DNA from: a virus
Taxonomy: Duplodnaviria; Caudoviricetes
IMG/VR virus record: IMGVR_UViG_3300012527_000001
Location: 1 to 63,596 of that record
Strand: one strand, 5' to 3'
Length of the DNA: 63,596 nt
Of this stretch, positions 36,301 to 46,474 are shown piece by piece. The notes below the pieces were generated by a model. The model was given only the letters and a program-made list of their open reading frames with translations. It searched no databases and was not told where the DNA came from. How positions within the stretch are numbered: position 1 is the first letter of the stretch; every line of letters starts with the position of its first letter. The position numbers and the translations under genes are program-made.

Positions 36301-37358
36301 GAAAGAACAATGCTTGGACGAATCTCAAGTTGCTATGCCCTGAATGTCACAGAAAGTACGACACTGAAGAGAATGGTTCTTGCTATGTGTCCTGGAGCCA
36401 GGGGCACCTAGTTGGTTGGAGTGTGATTGAATCTCTGGAAGATGCAGGAGAGCGGGAAGTATTTGACCTGCAGATGGAGGGGGATGGTGAGAACTTCGTG
36501 GGGAATGGAATAGTGGTCCACAATTCCACGGCATACGGCATGCTTGCTTTCTGGACTATGTGGCTGAAGGTACACCATCCACAAGTCTTCTACGTCGCCT
36601 GTTTGAAAAAGATGGGCAGCGACCACCAGCTCGAGTATCTCCGGGACGCAATGAAGAAGGGTATCCAAGTTTTGCCTCCCCACCCAGGACTGAGCTTGCA
36701 GAGTTGGATCGCAGAGGGATCTCACATCAGAGCTGGTTTCGAGCAGATACCGGGCATCGGCAACAAGATGGCCCCGAGGATCGTTGAGGAGAGGACGGCC
36801 AAGGGGATGCCGGCAGATGAATGCCGGTGGAGCGACCTCCTGGCCATCAAGGGCATTGGTCCCAAGAAGATCAACACTATGGCGGAGTTCTCTGAGAGCG
36901 AAGACCCATTCATGATTCACTGGCTACACCGGAGGATCGAGAAGGTCAAGAATGAGATACGCTCCGGGGCACTAGGTGACCTCCCCCGCCCTACACACAC
37001 CAGCCTAGAGGTACCTTACAGGCGGGGCAGCGACACCCCTGTAGTATGGATAGGAATCCTCAAGCACCGTAACCTGAGAGATCTCTTCGAGGCTAACTTC
37101 GCCCGCACAGGCGTGGCTCTGGACCCCGAGACCGTCAAGAATCCCGACCTGAGAGAGTGGGTTATCGGCATTGGAGCTGACGAGGATGAGCTCGTCACGC
37201 TGACATGGGACCGATGGATGTACCCCAAGGTCAAGAAGGGAATCTGGGGCATCAAGCTCGACTCGGACCTGGTCCTCATCAAAGGAGTGAAGAAGGGATT
37301 CCAGGCAAGGCGAGCGATCTACGTCAAGCAGTTCTGGGTACTCAACCCCGACAAGTAG
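33338..37358 (+). CDS. dnaE: DNA polymerase III alpha subunit with intein; 5' end broken by a 7-nt insert (33362-33368)
   Basis: VRWCSLHH in one frame then HTTFSYQDG...ALTEHGN...KPVFGVE in the +1 frame; GPARGSAAAS, FERF, PDIDLDF, GIHAAG, KIDVLGL, YQEQ, FNTAH/S. Confidence 0.9.
35643..36524 (+). mobile_element. Intein (294 aa) with HNH endonuclease in DnaE
   Basis: FNTAH|CVTGDT...ITATPTHRIL...VFDLQM..NFVGNGIVVHN|S; internal CGMC..SHQDGNRKNNAWTNLKLLCPECH; lower GC than flanks. Confidence 0.92.
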
Positions 37359-37369
37359 GAAGGTAGGAT

Positions 37370-37813
37370 ATGGGACAGGTCTGGTTAGGAATGTCAGATG
37401 AGCTGTGGGAGGAGGTATACCAGGTCGTCGGTCGACTCATGAAGACAATGAATCTGCCGCACTGGCGGATCAAGCTCAGCAGGGAGCCAGACGATGAGGA
37501 TACCGGCGCCAGCATCCACCCTATAGATGGGCAGTGGGTGGCCACCATGAAGCTCGGCATCTACTGGCACACGATGACGGTGGCTGACAAGCGGAACAGC
37601 CTTGTGCACGAGCTCATTCACGTGCATCTACAGCCTATGAATGACGTCATGAGGTTGGGGCTCCCGGTCATCCTCGGACAGCCAATCTATGCTACCCTGT
37701 GGGAGTCATTCAGGCAGCAGAACGAGTATGGGGTAGACGCCATCTCTAGGTTTGTGGCGGAGATGATCGAGTGGGACGGAGCATTCGAACCCAAGGACGA
37801 GGAGGAGCTGTGA
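37370..37813 (+). CDS. Small HExxH metallopeptidase-like protein
   Basis: LVHELIHVH...NEYGVD. Confidence 0.65.
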   Translation: MGQVWLGMSDELWEEVYQVVGRLMKTMNLPHWRIKLSREPDDEDTGASIHPIDGQWVATMKLGIYWHTMTVADKRNSLVHELIHVHLQPMNDVMRLGLPVILGQPIYATLWESFRQQNEYGVDAISRFVAEMIEWDGAFEPKDEEEL

Positions 37814-38280
37814 CAGACTCTATGGAAGAGAAGTATGTCGTCTTCGACAAGGTGAGGTTCGAACAATGGATCGACACTTGCCAAATGCAGATGAACGAGC
37901 TATGTAGGCTTCACATGAAGCGGACACCTGGATCAGTTGTGTCGATTGACTTCGGGGCTGTAGATCGGATCCCGGGCAAAATCGACGACGCCGTGGTCAT
38001 CAGGGAGCAGGACATCTTTGCAGGGCCAGCGCTGGAGATGTATTCAGCGGCCATCACGACAGCCCTACGGCTACTGCCGAATGAGGACGCCACAGTGAGA
38101 CGCCTCACGCAGATTCGAAACTACTTCAGACGATGCGCCGACCGGGCATACGAGAAGGCCACGAAGGTCCCCGACTAGATGATCTATCTCATGTGCTTGG
38201 GCGCCATACTCGTAGCATTCGGAGCCGTGACTGTGACTCTGACCATTGCAGATCATCTACGCAATTGGAGGAAGAAGTGA
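37810..38280 (+). CDS. Hypothetical protein (37810-38178) and small TM peptide (38179-38280)
   Basis: VVIREQDIFAGPALEMY; MIYLMCLGAILVAFGAVTV. Confidence 0.5.
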
Positions 38281-38282
38281 AC

Positions 38283-39320
38283 ATGCAAACTGGAATAGAT
38301 AAGGCGTTAGCAGACCTTCGAGAAAGACAAAGGAGACATCAGGTGGGTAGTGGAATTGAGCGGTATGCGGATTCTAGCATGTACGAGGCAGTGCCGATCG
38401 AGCCAACTGAGGAGGGTTTGATAGAGCCAAAGGTCACTCTCCTCAGTATGACTCCTGACCCCCTTGGAGCTATCGCAGCGGCATGTCGCATGTACGAGGG
38501 CATCCCGACCTACAAGCTCTCAGATATCACAGACGACGAGCGCAGGCGGTACTTCGATGATGTGCAGAAGACGCATCTCACAGCACCTATGGAGTTTGTG
38601 AAGCTCCACTACTTCATCGAGGGCGTGGACAGAGGGTTCACTCATCAGATTGTCCGACAGAGAACGGCCGTATTCGCTCAGGAGTCACTTCGGTTCGCCG
38701 TGAAGGATCACATGGCGGAGGAAACGGTCATGCCACCGTCGGTTGCCGAGCTCCCTGCTCACCACCCTACTCGGCAGATGTGGGAGAAGCACCTGAAGGG
38801 CGTGCAGGACTTCTACAACTACCTGATCGCCAACGACATTCCTGCCGAGGACGCCCGTTCAATCCTGCCGCACGCCGTAGGTACAAGGCTCAACTACTGC
38901 ACAGATCTCCGCAACCTCAGGGAGCACGCAGGGAATCGCCTTTGCACGCAGGCTCAGATGCACTGGCGTGACGTCTTCACCCAGATCAAGGATTGCATCG
39001 CCATCTACACCCCTGACTTTTCATGGCTCGAGACGTTCGAGTTCAACCGAAGCGTTTATGCTGATGCCTGGGAGGAGAAGCACCGCTGGCAGTTCGAACT
39101 CCTGGCCAACAGCGGTCTCTTCAAGCCAGCGTGCTACCAGCAGGGGCACTGCCCATTCAAGGCGAGCTTCGACCGGGGCTGTACCATCAGGGAGCGGGTG
39201 GACCTGAACGCTTTGAGTGGTCGTGAATCTTCTGATTGGCCCTATGCTTCGTACAATGGTTCCATTCCTGCCATTGAGGATAGTGAGTGGCAGCTAGACA
39301 GGAAAGCTGCTTTCCAGTAG
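38283..39320 (+). CDS. thyX: Flavin-dependent thymidylate synthase-like protein (divergent, RQR motif)
   Basis: IEGVDRGFTHQIVRQRTAVFAQESLRF, PAEDARSILP, NRLCTQAQ; start ATG 38283 after GGAGG. Confidence 0.8.
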   Translation: MQTGIDKALADLRERQRRHQVGSGIERYADSSMYEAVPIEPTEEGLIEPKVTLLSMTPDPLGAIAAACRMYEGIPTYKLSDITDDERRRYFDDVQKTHLTAPMEFVKLHYFIEGVDRGFTHQIVRQRTAVFAQESLRFAVKDHMAEETVMPPSVAELPAHHPTRQMWEKHLKGVQDFYNYLIANDIPAEDARSILPHAVGTRLNYCTDLRNLREHAGNRLCTQAQMHWRDVFTQIKDCIAIYTPDFSWLETFEFNRSVYADAWEEKHRWQFELLANSGLFKPACYQQGHCPFKASFDRGCTIRERVDLNALSGRESSDWPYASYNGSIPAIEDSEWQLDRKAAFQ

Positions 39321-39456
39321 TCAAAACCCTCCCCGTAGCAAGCCCTAGGACCGTTTAGGGGTCACCGGGGTAACGCTAGGCGTACTGCAGCCCTAGACAC
39401 CAGCCTGAGCACTTCGTCCAGGGGACTCTCAGGAGGTGTCTAGGGCTGTTGGCTTG

Positions 39457-39690
39457 CTAGCGCAGTAGGCCGGACCCCTTGTCATTCTCAAGCTTGTTCT
39501 GAGCAAACGAGAGGGCGGCGGAGAGGATGATAAGCGAAACAGCAGCCTGCCTCGTGGTGAACTCGTAGATGTTGAAGGCTGAGATGGCCTCGAGGATGAT
39601 GCCAGCTGCACCTCCCTGAATGACAGTCCTCGCTCCTCGCTTGGCGGCAGAGCTCGTAGGTTCTGCAATGGCTTCGGGTGCTACGGTCAT
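39457..39690 (-). CDS. Holin-like membrane protein
   Basis: AKRGARTVIQG + 2 TM + QNKLE; distal gene of the lysis cassette. Confidence 0.65.
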   Translation of the reverse strand: MTVAPEAIAEPTSSAAKRGARTVIQGGAAGIILEAISAFNIYEFTTRQAAVSLIILSAALSFAQNKLENDKGSGLLR

Positions 39691-39703
39691 GGTTGCCTTC
39701 TTT

Positions 39704-39790
39704 CTAGTTAGTAGTGTTCAGTAACTTGATTACCAGGAGCAGAACAGTCAGCGTTGCAGCCCCTGCAAGAACAAGGCCGAACTGCTTCAC
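39704..39790 (-). CDS. Small TM peptide (28 aa)
   Basis: VKQFGLVLAGAATLTVLLLVIKLL, GTGA overlap with the upstream gene. Confidence 0.4.
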   Translation of the reverse strand: MKQFGLVLAGAATLTVLLLVIKLLNTTN

Positions 39791-40326
39791 GGTGTGGGCA
39801 GTGGTAGCGGCGGATTGACGGAACGTGTTGGGAACTCACTGTCGCAATCCCTTAGGACGAACTGGGCCAAAGCAGCATCACGGCGAGGACCCTCTTCGTA
39901 TGCTGTGTTTATGACGTTACGGATGCCGGTTCGGATCTTGTTGCCACCCAGGCACGTTCGGTAGTCCGTGTCGACGCTTGCCTGTTCCACCCGGTCTACC
40001 TGATCCTGGAATCGCTGGTCTGTTTTGTAAGTAGAGTAGGCCCCAGAAGCGACAATGAACAGAAAGGCAAGCCCTGCGTAGGTCCACCTGTTGATCCCGA
40101 ACCAGATGGTCTGCGGCTCGGTCTTACCTGGGGGTCCAGCCAGACCGTCCTGCCCGTGATCTCCCTTGGGACCTCTCTCACCAGCAACCCCACGGTGCCC
40201 CGAATCTCCCCGCTCACCTACCTGTCCTGCCTGACCTCCTTCCCCAGTCTTACCGACAAGGCCAGTTTCGCCGACCTCACCATGGTCACCCTTCGGGCCA
40301 CGTTCTCCTGCGGCTCTATTAGCCAT
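39787..40326 (-). CDS. Collagen-like membrane protein
   Basis: About 20 GXY triplets, one TM, short helical domain with two Cys. Confidence 0.7.
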   Translation of the reverse strand: MANRAAGERGPKGDHGEVGETGLVGKTGEGGQAGQVGERGDSGHRGVAGERGPKGDHGQDGLAGPPGKTEPQTIWFGINRWTYAGLAFLFIVASGAYSTYKTDQRFQDQVDRVEQASVDTDYRTCLGGNKIRTGIRNVINTAYEEGPRRDAALAQFVLRDCDSEFPTRSVNPPLPLPTP

Positions 40327-41055
40327 GCCAGAACACCTGGAGCAAGAGCAGGATGGTCACGACTACGGCGATATAGCAGATGTAGGTTGCGGTCGTCGGG
40401 TAGCGAAAAATCATCATCTTCTTTCTCTGGGGTTGTGGATCAGATGTCATGTAGACGTACCTTCCCCTGACTCCCCCGGCTTCGTCTGCGTCACCAGATC
40501 TTTGATTTCCGTCAGGGACAAAGGCGACTGTGGCCCATTCGCTTTCCCATTCTTCTCGTCCCTTCTCAGAAAGACGGGGAGCCCCATCATGCCGGCGAAG
40601 ATCATCAGCAGGTAGGGCCGGTCTGCGTTCTCGAACACAGCCTCTCGGATGACCAGGCCTAATCCAGTCAGGAAAAGTGCCGTGTCTCTGGTTACTCTCG
40701 GCCATCTAAATCCCTTCACCCGTCATGATCCCTGGGAGGGCTTAGGCCCGCACGCAAGCAACTGGAACTCATTGCAAACTTGGGTTGGGTAATACTTGGA
40801 AACTTCCGGTTCGATGCAGGTGGGGGGCAATGGAAACGTCCTGTCGTTGTCGATGACCAGAGTCAAGCATCCCAAAGCACGGTTTATGAAAGCCCGTTCC
40901 CTGTTCTGCTCGATGTTCAACTTGATATCTCTGAGATCCCTCCCGATATCTTGCCTGAACTTCAGGACTGTGCCTAGAAGGGACAGGACAGCAACGAACA
41001 GAACGAACAAAGAAAGAGTTGCCATCTTCCAGTTTGGTCGAGCAAGCATTCTCAT
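40319..41055 (-). CDS. Three membrane proteins (40319-40450, 40447-40719, 40723-41055), holin candidates
   Basis: Each has 1-2 TM segments and they lie directly downstream of the endolysin. Confidence 0.6.
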
Positions 41056-41071
41056 TGTCCGTCCTGAGCCA

Positions 41072-41842
41072 TTAGATCTTCAGACCGTCTGCCCAGTTGT
41101 GCATCGCTTGCCACGTCTTGGGACCACACTCACCATCTACCACGATGGTTCTGTCCTTGGTGTCCCTGAGCCACGTCTGGTGGTTGATCAGTGCCTGCCT
41201 GGTTGCCGGCCCAAAGTCCCCGTCACCAGAGATCTTTGCCCCCGACTTGATCAGGAAGTACTGTAGGTGATTGACAGCCTTGCCTTTTGCACCCAGCTTC
41301 AGAAGAGGGTGACCGGCAGAGTCCTGGCACTTGGTTCCTGTAGACGCAGGAGGGGTCTGAGGGGCTGGAGCTTGAGAGGCGCCGCTGTAATCGATGCGGA
41401 TGCACTGCTTGTTCCAGTACGACTTCGGACGCCTACGACGCCAGACTCCGCCACCATCACGCTGGGAGCCGCCGTCGCCAGGTGAGGTGTTTCCTTCGAT
41501 GCTGGTCACGGTGTCGTCGTTGTGCACGGCCTCGATGATCCCGGTGTGACCAGGACCCCAGTCACTGCCATCGTTGATCCGGCAGGCGACGAATCCAGTT
41601 CGGAACTCTCCCGTGCGGCGCCCCTGCTTCCTGGCAGTGTCCAGTGAGAAGGCGACAGATGCGTTCCTGTACTGGCTAGCAGCTCCTGCCTGATCCATGC
41701 ACCAGGACACGAAGATGGCGCACCACGGCACCCGGTCGAACCCGTACCAGACTCCGAACATCTGGTGGTTGCTGTTGGGCGGGGACTCGACAGTGCTGAT
41801 CTTGCCCCTTGCTGCGCTTACGACTTCAGTTGCGACAGCCAT
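41072..41842 (-). CDS. Endolysin: CHAP domain + PG_binding_1
   Basis: PWCAIFVSW, GHTGII, IEGNT; LKLGAKGKAV...DGDFGPAT...DGECGPKTW. Confidence 0.88.
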   Translation of the reverse strand: MAVATEVVSAARGKISTVESPPNSNHQMFGVWYGFDRVPWCAIFVSWCMDQAGAASQYRNASVAFSLDTARKQGRRTGEFRTGFVACRINDGSDWGPGHTGIIEAVHNDDTVTSIEGNTSPGDGGSQRDGGGVWRRRRPKSYWNKQCIRIDYSGASQAPAPQTPPASTGTKCQDSAGHPLLKLGAKGKAVNHLQYFLIKSGAKISGDGDFGPATRQALINHQTWLRDTKDRTIVVDGECGPKTWQAMHNWADGLKI

Positions 41843-41994
41843 CAGCCCTCTGCCCCCTCATCGCTCTCGATGACCATCTCGGGATCCTGTGCCCACTGCT
41901 TGATGTCAGGGTCGACCGCCAGGTCTTCCGGGGTGGACTGCTTGAGCGTCTCCACTTGCTTCTTGTCTTCCTCGAGCTGTTCTGCCTCTGTCAT
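41842..41994 (-). CDS. Small acidic protein (50 aa)
   Basis: AAGGAG RBS; TGATG coupling to the endolysin. Confidence 0.5.
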   Translation of the reverse strand: MTEAEQLEEDKKQVETLKQSTPEDLAVDPDIKQWAQDPEMVIESDEGAEG

Positions 41995-42023
41995 TCATAT
42001 CTCCTTGTCCTCTGGGGTCAGGC

Positions 42024-43340
42024 TCATCGTACCTTGCGACCCTGGTAAGTGTTGTGCCCCAGGACTCTCACAGAACTGTCTACGGCAGTCGTGCTATTCT
42101 TCAAGCCATGAACACGAGGTGCTGCATCATCTCTCTGAAAGACTCTCACACCAGGGAGTATCCTCTTGACCGGCGGGCAGCCCGTGACAGCCTTCTTTAC
42201 CGCCACCTCTATCCAGTTGCGGTACATTCTGACATTGACGTTCGAGGTGGAACGCAGCCCGATCTGGGCGGCGTCGATGTCGGTGGTCGTCCACGCACCG
42301 CCACCAGGCTTGGTCTCGAACACCGAGGCGAACCCCACTCCCGCAGCGGTGAGGGCGAGGGATGCGCTGGCTGACTCCGACCCGCCTGACTTGATGAGGA
42401 GCGTTGCGGTGCTGGCCCCGCCAGAGACGAAGCACTGAAGCATCCCATAGACCTGTGTGCCGAATACAGCTTGTCCAGCCATCTCGGTGGGCAGGTTGTC
42501 CACGTTGTAGAGGTCGGTGTTCCCGCTGATTTCCGTGTTGTTGTTGTTGTTCGCATTATATGTCACGTTGGGTTCGTTGATGTTGTCCCAGTTGTCGGGA
42601 ACCCCGGTGGGCGTGAACTGCGTCGAATCGCCAGCAGCGTTGGGTCGCAGAACAAAGACCTGGGTGTCACCTTTGAATCCTGTGTTCAGCGACCCGGAGC
42701 CGTTGTTCAGGTAGATGTCGTCGACGTTCCAGTTATTGCCAGCACCACCAAGGAACTCAATGGCGTTCACGGTGGTGTCACTTGCCGCCGACGACCGGGT
42801 GTCGATGTTCGTTAGAGCGACCTGAGTGACCTCGTTGACCTTCAGCTCCACAGATCCGGCCGTCGCGTGCAATACAATCTTCAGTTCGATGTAGGAGCAC
42901 CACCGATCGTCAACGAGTGGCCCGGCGCTGGTCCACAGAGCGACACTGTCCTTGACCCTGATAAGGCGCAGTCGGAGGCGTTCCGGCGGTTGGCCAGCAT
43001 CGTAAAATGCCTGCAACTCGATAGCCCCGGCGCTGGCGGTGCGGAACCGGAAAACCGCTGTGGGGGTGGTAGAAGATGCTGCCGGTAAGGCCGTACCATT
43101 TGGCGTGACCCCAGGAGGCGCTTGTTGGTAGGCAAACCCAACTGTCATCGTGGGGTGCCTTGTCGCCGCCGCCAGCGTGTAGGTGGAAACGGCGTCAGTG
43201 CGACGCCCTCCCTGGACACCACCTCCGCTAGCAGTACGCCCCACTGGATGACTGACAACGGTTGGTCCGACCCATCCTGGCGTCCTGTAGTTGGCAGCGT
43301 TGGAACCATGTGAGCAGCAATCGAGCATCACCAGAGTCAT
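42024..43340 (-). CDS. Minor tail protein (beta-sandwich)
   Basis: YIELKI..HATAGSVELKVN, VDDIY..., WTTTDIDAAQIG. Confidence 0.7.
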   Translation of the reverse strand: MTLVMLDCCSHGSNAANYRTPGWVGPTVVSHPVGRTASGGGVQGGRRTDAVSTYTLAAATRHPTMTVGFAYQQAPPGVTPNGTALPAASSTTPTAVFRFRTASAGAIELQAFYDAGQPPERLRLRLIRVKDSVALWTSAGPLVDDRWCSYIELKIVLHATAGSVELKVNEVTQVALTNIDTRSSAASDTTVNAIEFLGGAGNNWNVDDIYLNNGSGSLNTGFKGDTQVFVLRPNAAGDSTQFTPTGVPDNWDNINEPNVTYNANNNNNTEISGNTDLYNVDNLPTEMAGQAVFGTQVYGMLQCFVSGGASTATLLIKSGGSESASASLALTAAGVGFASVFETKPGGGAWTTTDIDAAQIGLRSTSNVNVRMYRNWIEVAVKKAVTGCPPVKRILPGVRVFQRDDAAPRVHGLKNSTTAVDSSVRVLGHNTYQGRKVR

Positions 43341-43357
43341 CGAACCATTCCCTCAGG

Positions 43358-45367
43358 TCATTCGTTTGAGACTGACAGGTAGAATTGACCTTGGATGTAG
43401 TTGACCTTCGGTTCCTGCACCCATACCGCTACCCAGACCCAAGGAGGAAACTGAGAAGAGAACTCCCAACTGCCGTCATCCTGTAGCACCCCTGTCGGCA
43501 GTGGGAGGTCAGCGTCCCCCTCACGCTTCGGATAGTAGCCTGCTGCGTCCCCATCCTGCCCCCAGGCAATAAGGCAGCCAAGAACATCTGAGTCGAACCC
43601 TGACTCTTCTAGCTCGTAGAATCCTGGGTCTAGTGGTGTACCAATGGCCGCAAGGTCGTTGGCAGTGATTGGCCTATCAAATACTGCCACTCCGAATGGT
43701 GAGGCTATGTCCAGGGTGAATCTTGTACGAACTATGGTGCCACCCTCTGACATAGGGATCCTCGTAACATTCCACAGACCATTGTAGGTACCCTGGCGGG
43801 GATAGATACCTGAGCCATTCTCGCAGTCCCAGGTAGACATTCTGTCAGGGATGACGCGACTTGACCTGAAGTAGTTCACTTCACGCTTTACCGGATCTGT
43901 TGTGTCACGCTTACGCTCAAGGACTGCTGCCAGGGTCATCATGTCACGGTTCTTTTCATCTACAGTTAGCGTCACAGTTCCCGCATCCAGATCAGCCTCG
44001 CAACCCGCTATATGCAATTTCAGTACGCTAAGGCCACGATACTGACGGACAACTATGTTCTGTCCTTGCCTCATGTCCCAACGACTGCCAGCCTCCGGGT
44101 CAACGCTTAGTGTGATCGTACCTGCATAAGAAGGACCTACATAACGAGTCCACTGTTCCTTGAAAGACCTAACGCCTTCGCTGAAGCTGATCCGGTCTCC
44201 TAGATTCTGATACTCCTCCATCCTGAGGATGTTAGGGTCGAATGTAGGGTTGGGTCCTATGGGAGATCCACCGGCATTGTAAAGCAAAGGCTCGACCTCA
44301 TCTCTCCAAGCCATCGGCAGGAAGATGGCGGAGGTTACATCTTCCACAAGGCTGCCACTCTCGAAGGTTGCGGCCCAGGTCTGCGGTCCCACCACTCCAT
44401 CTACCTGAATTCCAGCCCTGCTCTGCATGACCCTGCAAATATCACTGTCGTCAGAATTGTATGTGTCACCTGGAGTGCAGCTGTAGCCGCTACGTCGCAT
44501 CTCATCTTTCCACTGAACTACATCTGAACCGGAAACTCCGACTGAAATGATCCGTCCTGGAAATACAGGAGCCATACCATTCCTCAGGTATGGGAACTTC
44601 TGATTCCTCCATCTGCAGTTTTCATCGTCGATGCCCTCTCCATAGAAGACATTCTTCACCTGGGTGGCGTCTTCCTCTAGATTCACCAAAACGCCCGGCG
44701 TCGCATTCATGACATTCCAGTGTATGGTTCCCATGTCTTTCAGTAACATGAAGGGAGCCCTGCCTACACAGTTCATCGTCCACTGACCACCATCCTCAGT
44801 TGTGGCAGTAGCCAGAAGGTCTTGGATCCAACCCGTAAGCAGGGGGTCCCAACCTCCTCGGCTACGAGTGAGAATACCAGTGTTCTGTGGATGGACGAAA
44901 TACATCTTCACTGTGTTCATTCTGGTGATCTGGTTGATCTCGTCAGGGATGGATATTCCTATGTCTGTATTCTTCCAACCCCTGCCGATGTCGGGCTTCT
45001 TCTTGTAGAAGTCAAGATGGAACATCGCCCCGATGCAAGAAGCTGTCAGGCCATAGGTGTTCTCATCGTTGCCTGCAGCGGTGGCTATGAGTATGCCTTC
45101 CCACATGGGGAACTGACCAACTCTGTTGAAGTTCTCATCAACGTGCCAGACATCCACCAAAGCTCCATATGTCATCCAAGAAGGCTTCAGTTCAAAAGGA
45201 GTGATCTGGGGGAGTGTGATTTCTGCCGTAGCCGGTCCGAATGGCTCTGCCCAGGTCAGTCGAGAGGCTTTCGTGACCACATCTCGATAGTAGGTGACGT
45301 CTACGTTCCCGATGATGATCTGGTAGTATCCCCAGATGCTTTCTATAATCGTAGGGCTCCATGTCAT
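43358..45367 (-). CDS. Baseplate hub/Tal-like minor tail protein with internal PG-binding domain
   Basis: Position after Dit; QSRAGIQVDGVVGPQTW. Confidence 0.7.
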   Translation of the reverse strand: MTWSPTIIESIWGYYQIIIGNVDVTYYRDVVTKASRLTWAEPFGPATAEITLPQITPFELKPSWMTYGALVDVWHVDENFNRVGQFPMWEGILIATAAGNDENTYGLTASCIGAMFHLDFYKKKPDIGRGWKNTDIGISIPDEINQITRMNTVKMYFVHPQNTGILTRSRGGWDPLLTGWIQDLLATATTEDGGQWTMNCVGRAPFMLLKDMGTIHWNVMNATPGVLVNLEEDATQVKNVFYGEGIDDENCRWRNQKFPYLRNGMAPVFPGRIISVGVSGSDVVQWKDEMRRSGYSCTPGDTYNSDDSDICRVMQSRAGIQVDGVVGPQTWAATFESGSLVEDVTSAIFLPMAWRDEVEPLLYNAGGSPIGPNPTFDPNILRMEEYQNLGDRISFSEGVRSFKEQWTRYVGPSYAGTITLSVDPEAGSRWDMRQGQNIVVRQYRGLSVLKLHIAGCEADLDAGTVTLTVDEKNRDMMTLAAVLERKRDTTDPVKREVNYFRSSRVIPDRMSTWDCENGSGIYPRQGTYNGLWNVTRIPMSEGGTIVRTRFTLDIASPFGVAVFDRPITANDLAAIGTPLDPGFYELEESGFDSDVLGCLIAWGQDGDAAGYYPKREGDADLPLPTGVLQDDGSWEFSSQFPPWVWVAVWVQEPKVNYIQGQFYLSVSNE

Positions 45368-45597
45368 TGGGGCCTACCTCTTTCATCTAGGTCTGGGTAA
45401 GGCCAGATGTAGTTGATGGTGCGATAAGGGACTATCCAGTCAAATGGAGGAGGCTGAGGGGGTATGAGCTGACGGATGACTGTTCCTCTGGCGAAAAATG
45501 TGAACCTTGGAACCCCAGTTAGTGTGCCGATATTAGTTCCCATTCTTCTACGAAGGGATCCAGTGCCAGTTACAAAGATAACGCTAGAGGAGAACAA
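45364..45597 (-). CDS. Hypothetical protein
   Basis: 77 aa, coupled to neighbours. Confidence 0.45.
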   Translation of the reverse strand: MFSSSVIFVTGTGSLRRRMGTNIGTLTGVPRFTFFARGTVIRQLIPPQPPPFDWIVPYRTINYIWPYPDLDERGRPQ

Positions 45598-45599
45598 GG

Positions 45600-46007
45600 T
45601 CAGTCAGCGCCTATGGAGAGGTCACCTGCGCCAAAAGAAGGGGTCTCACCTGACAGGAAGTTCGCAGGTGCAGATAGGGCAGCCGTGAACACTATTGCTC
45701 CAGCAGTCAGAGCAGTAGCCAGGCCCCATCCAATCACTGCTGCTGGGTAGTTGGCAGACGCTACGGGAAATGTGATGGTATTGAGATTCACCACAGGGTT
45801 AGCCGTCACATTCCAGTTCGCATTTGTGTTGGCGTATGACTGACGTGCATAGCCTGCCCCCACCACCTCTGAACCACCTGTGCCATCGTCCGATGGCATT
45901 ACAGTGAACAGCATGATGAAGTAAGTGTTCGGGAAGTCTGCAGTGTGTCCTGTGCCGAGTACGGCCTTCAGAGCAGGCAGCTCGTAGGCGTTCATGAGAC
46001 CTGACAT
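45600..46007 (-). CDS. Small tail protein
   Basis: LFT..PSDDGTGGSEV.GAGYARQ...NTITFP.A; common siphophage tail module. Confidence 0.7.
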   Translation of the reverse strand: MSGLMNAYELPALKAVLGTGHTADFPNTYFIMLFTVMPSDDGTGGSEVVGAGYARQSYANTNANWNVTANPVVNLNTITFPVASANYPAAVIGWGLATALTAGAIVFTAALSAPANFLSGETPSFGAGDLSIGAD

Positions 46008-46474
46008 TAGAGTCCTCCGAGGAGCGGGATCGGGTTGGTTGGAATGGAGAAGTTTGTCAATTGCGTTTTCTGTCCGAGCTCGTGCTTTTCCAACTCTCCA
46101 TTGTTTCCTGAAGAATAGTTAGCAGGTTGACAGAGGTATGCCAGACTACTTCCATTGATCGTCACCGTTAGGGAGTAACTGAACTGTTCAAATGCTCTGC
46201 ACAGAACTGAAATCCTGTTCAGGAGGTCTGGGATTGTAGATCCCCATGTTCTAACCGACAGATTGACAGTTTTGGTATCTTTGACGGCTGAAACCAACAT
46301 GCCACCTGCGATGAATGGGCTCTTTTGTTCATTGAGCCTCCAAGTGAGGTCTCCTGGACCAAACCCCACCACATCACTTCCAGGGTTGCTCCTACTGCCA
46401 CTTGAAATGATCAGGTTGCCGCCCATTGCTGGTGGCCTGGAAACAGTTGCTGCAAGGGTGAAAAGGTTAGCCAT
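46007..46474 (-). CDS. Distal tail protein (Dit-like)
   Basis: Synteny immediately after the tape measure gene. Confidence 0.55.
   Translation of the reverse strand: MANLFTLAATVSRPPAMGGNLIISSGSRSNPGSDVVGFGPGDLTWRLNEQKSPFIAGGMLVSAVKDTKTVNLSVRTWGSTIPDLLNRISVLCRAFEQFSYSLTVTINGSSLAYLCQPANYSSGNNGELEKHELGQKTQLTNFSIPTNPIPLLGGL

Noticed and set aside
38133-38282. N-terminal extension of ThyX in the ORF track
   Set aside because: Overlaps two other genes; ATG 38283 has a proper RBS.
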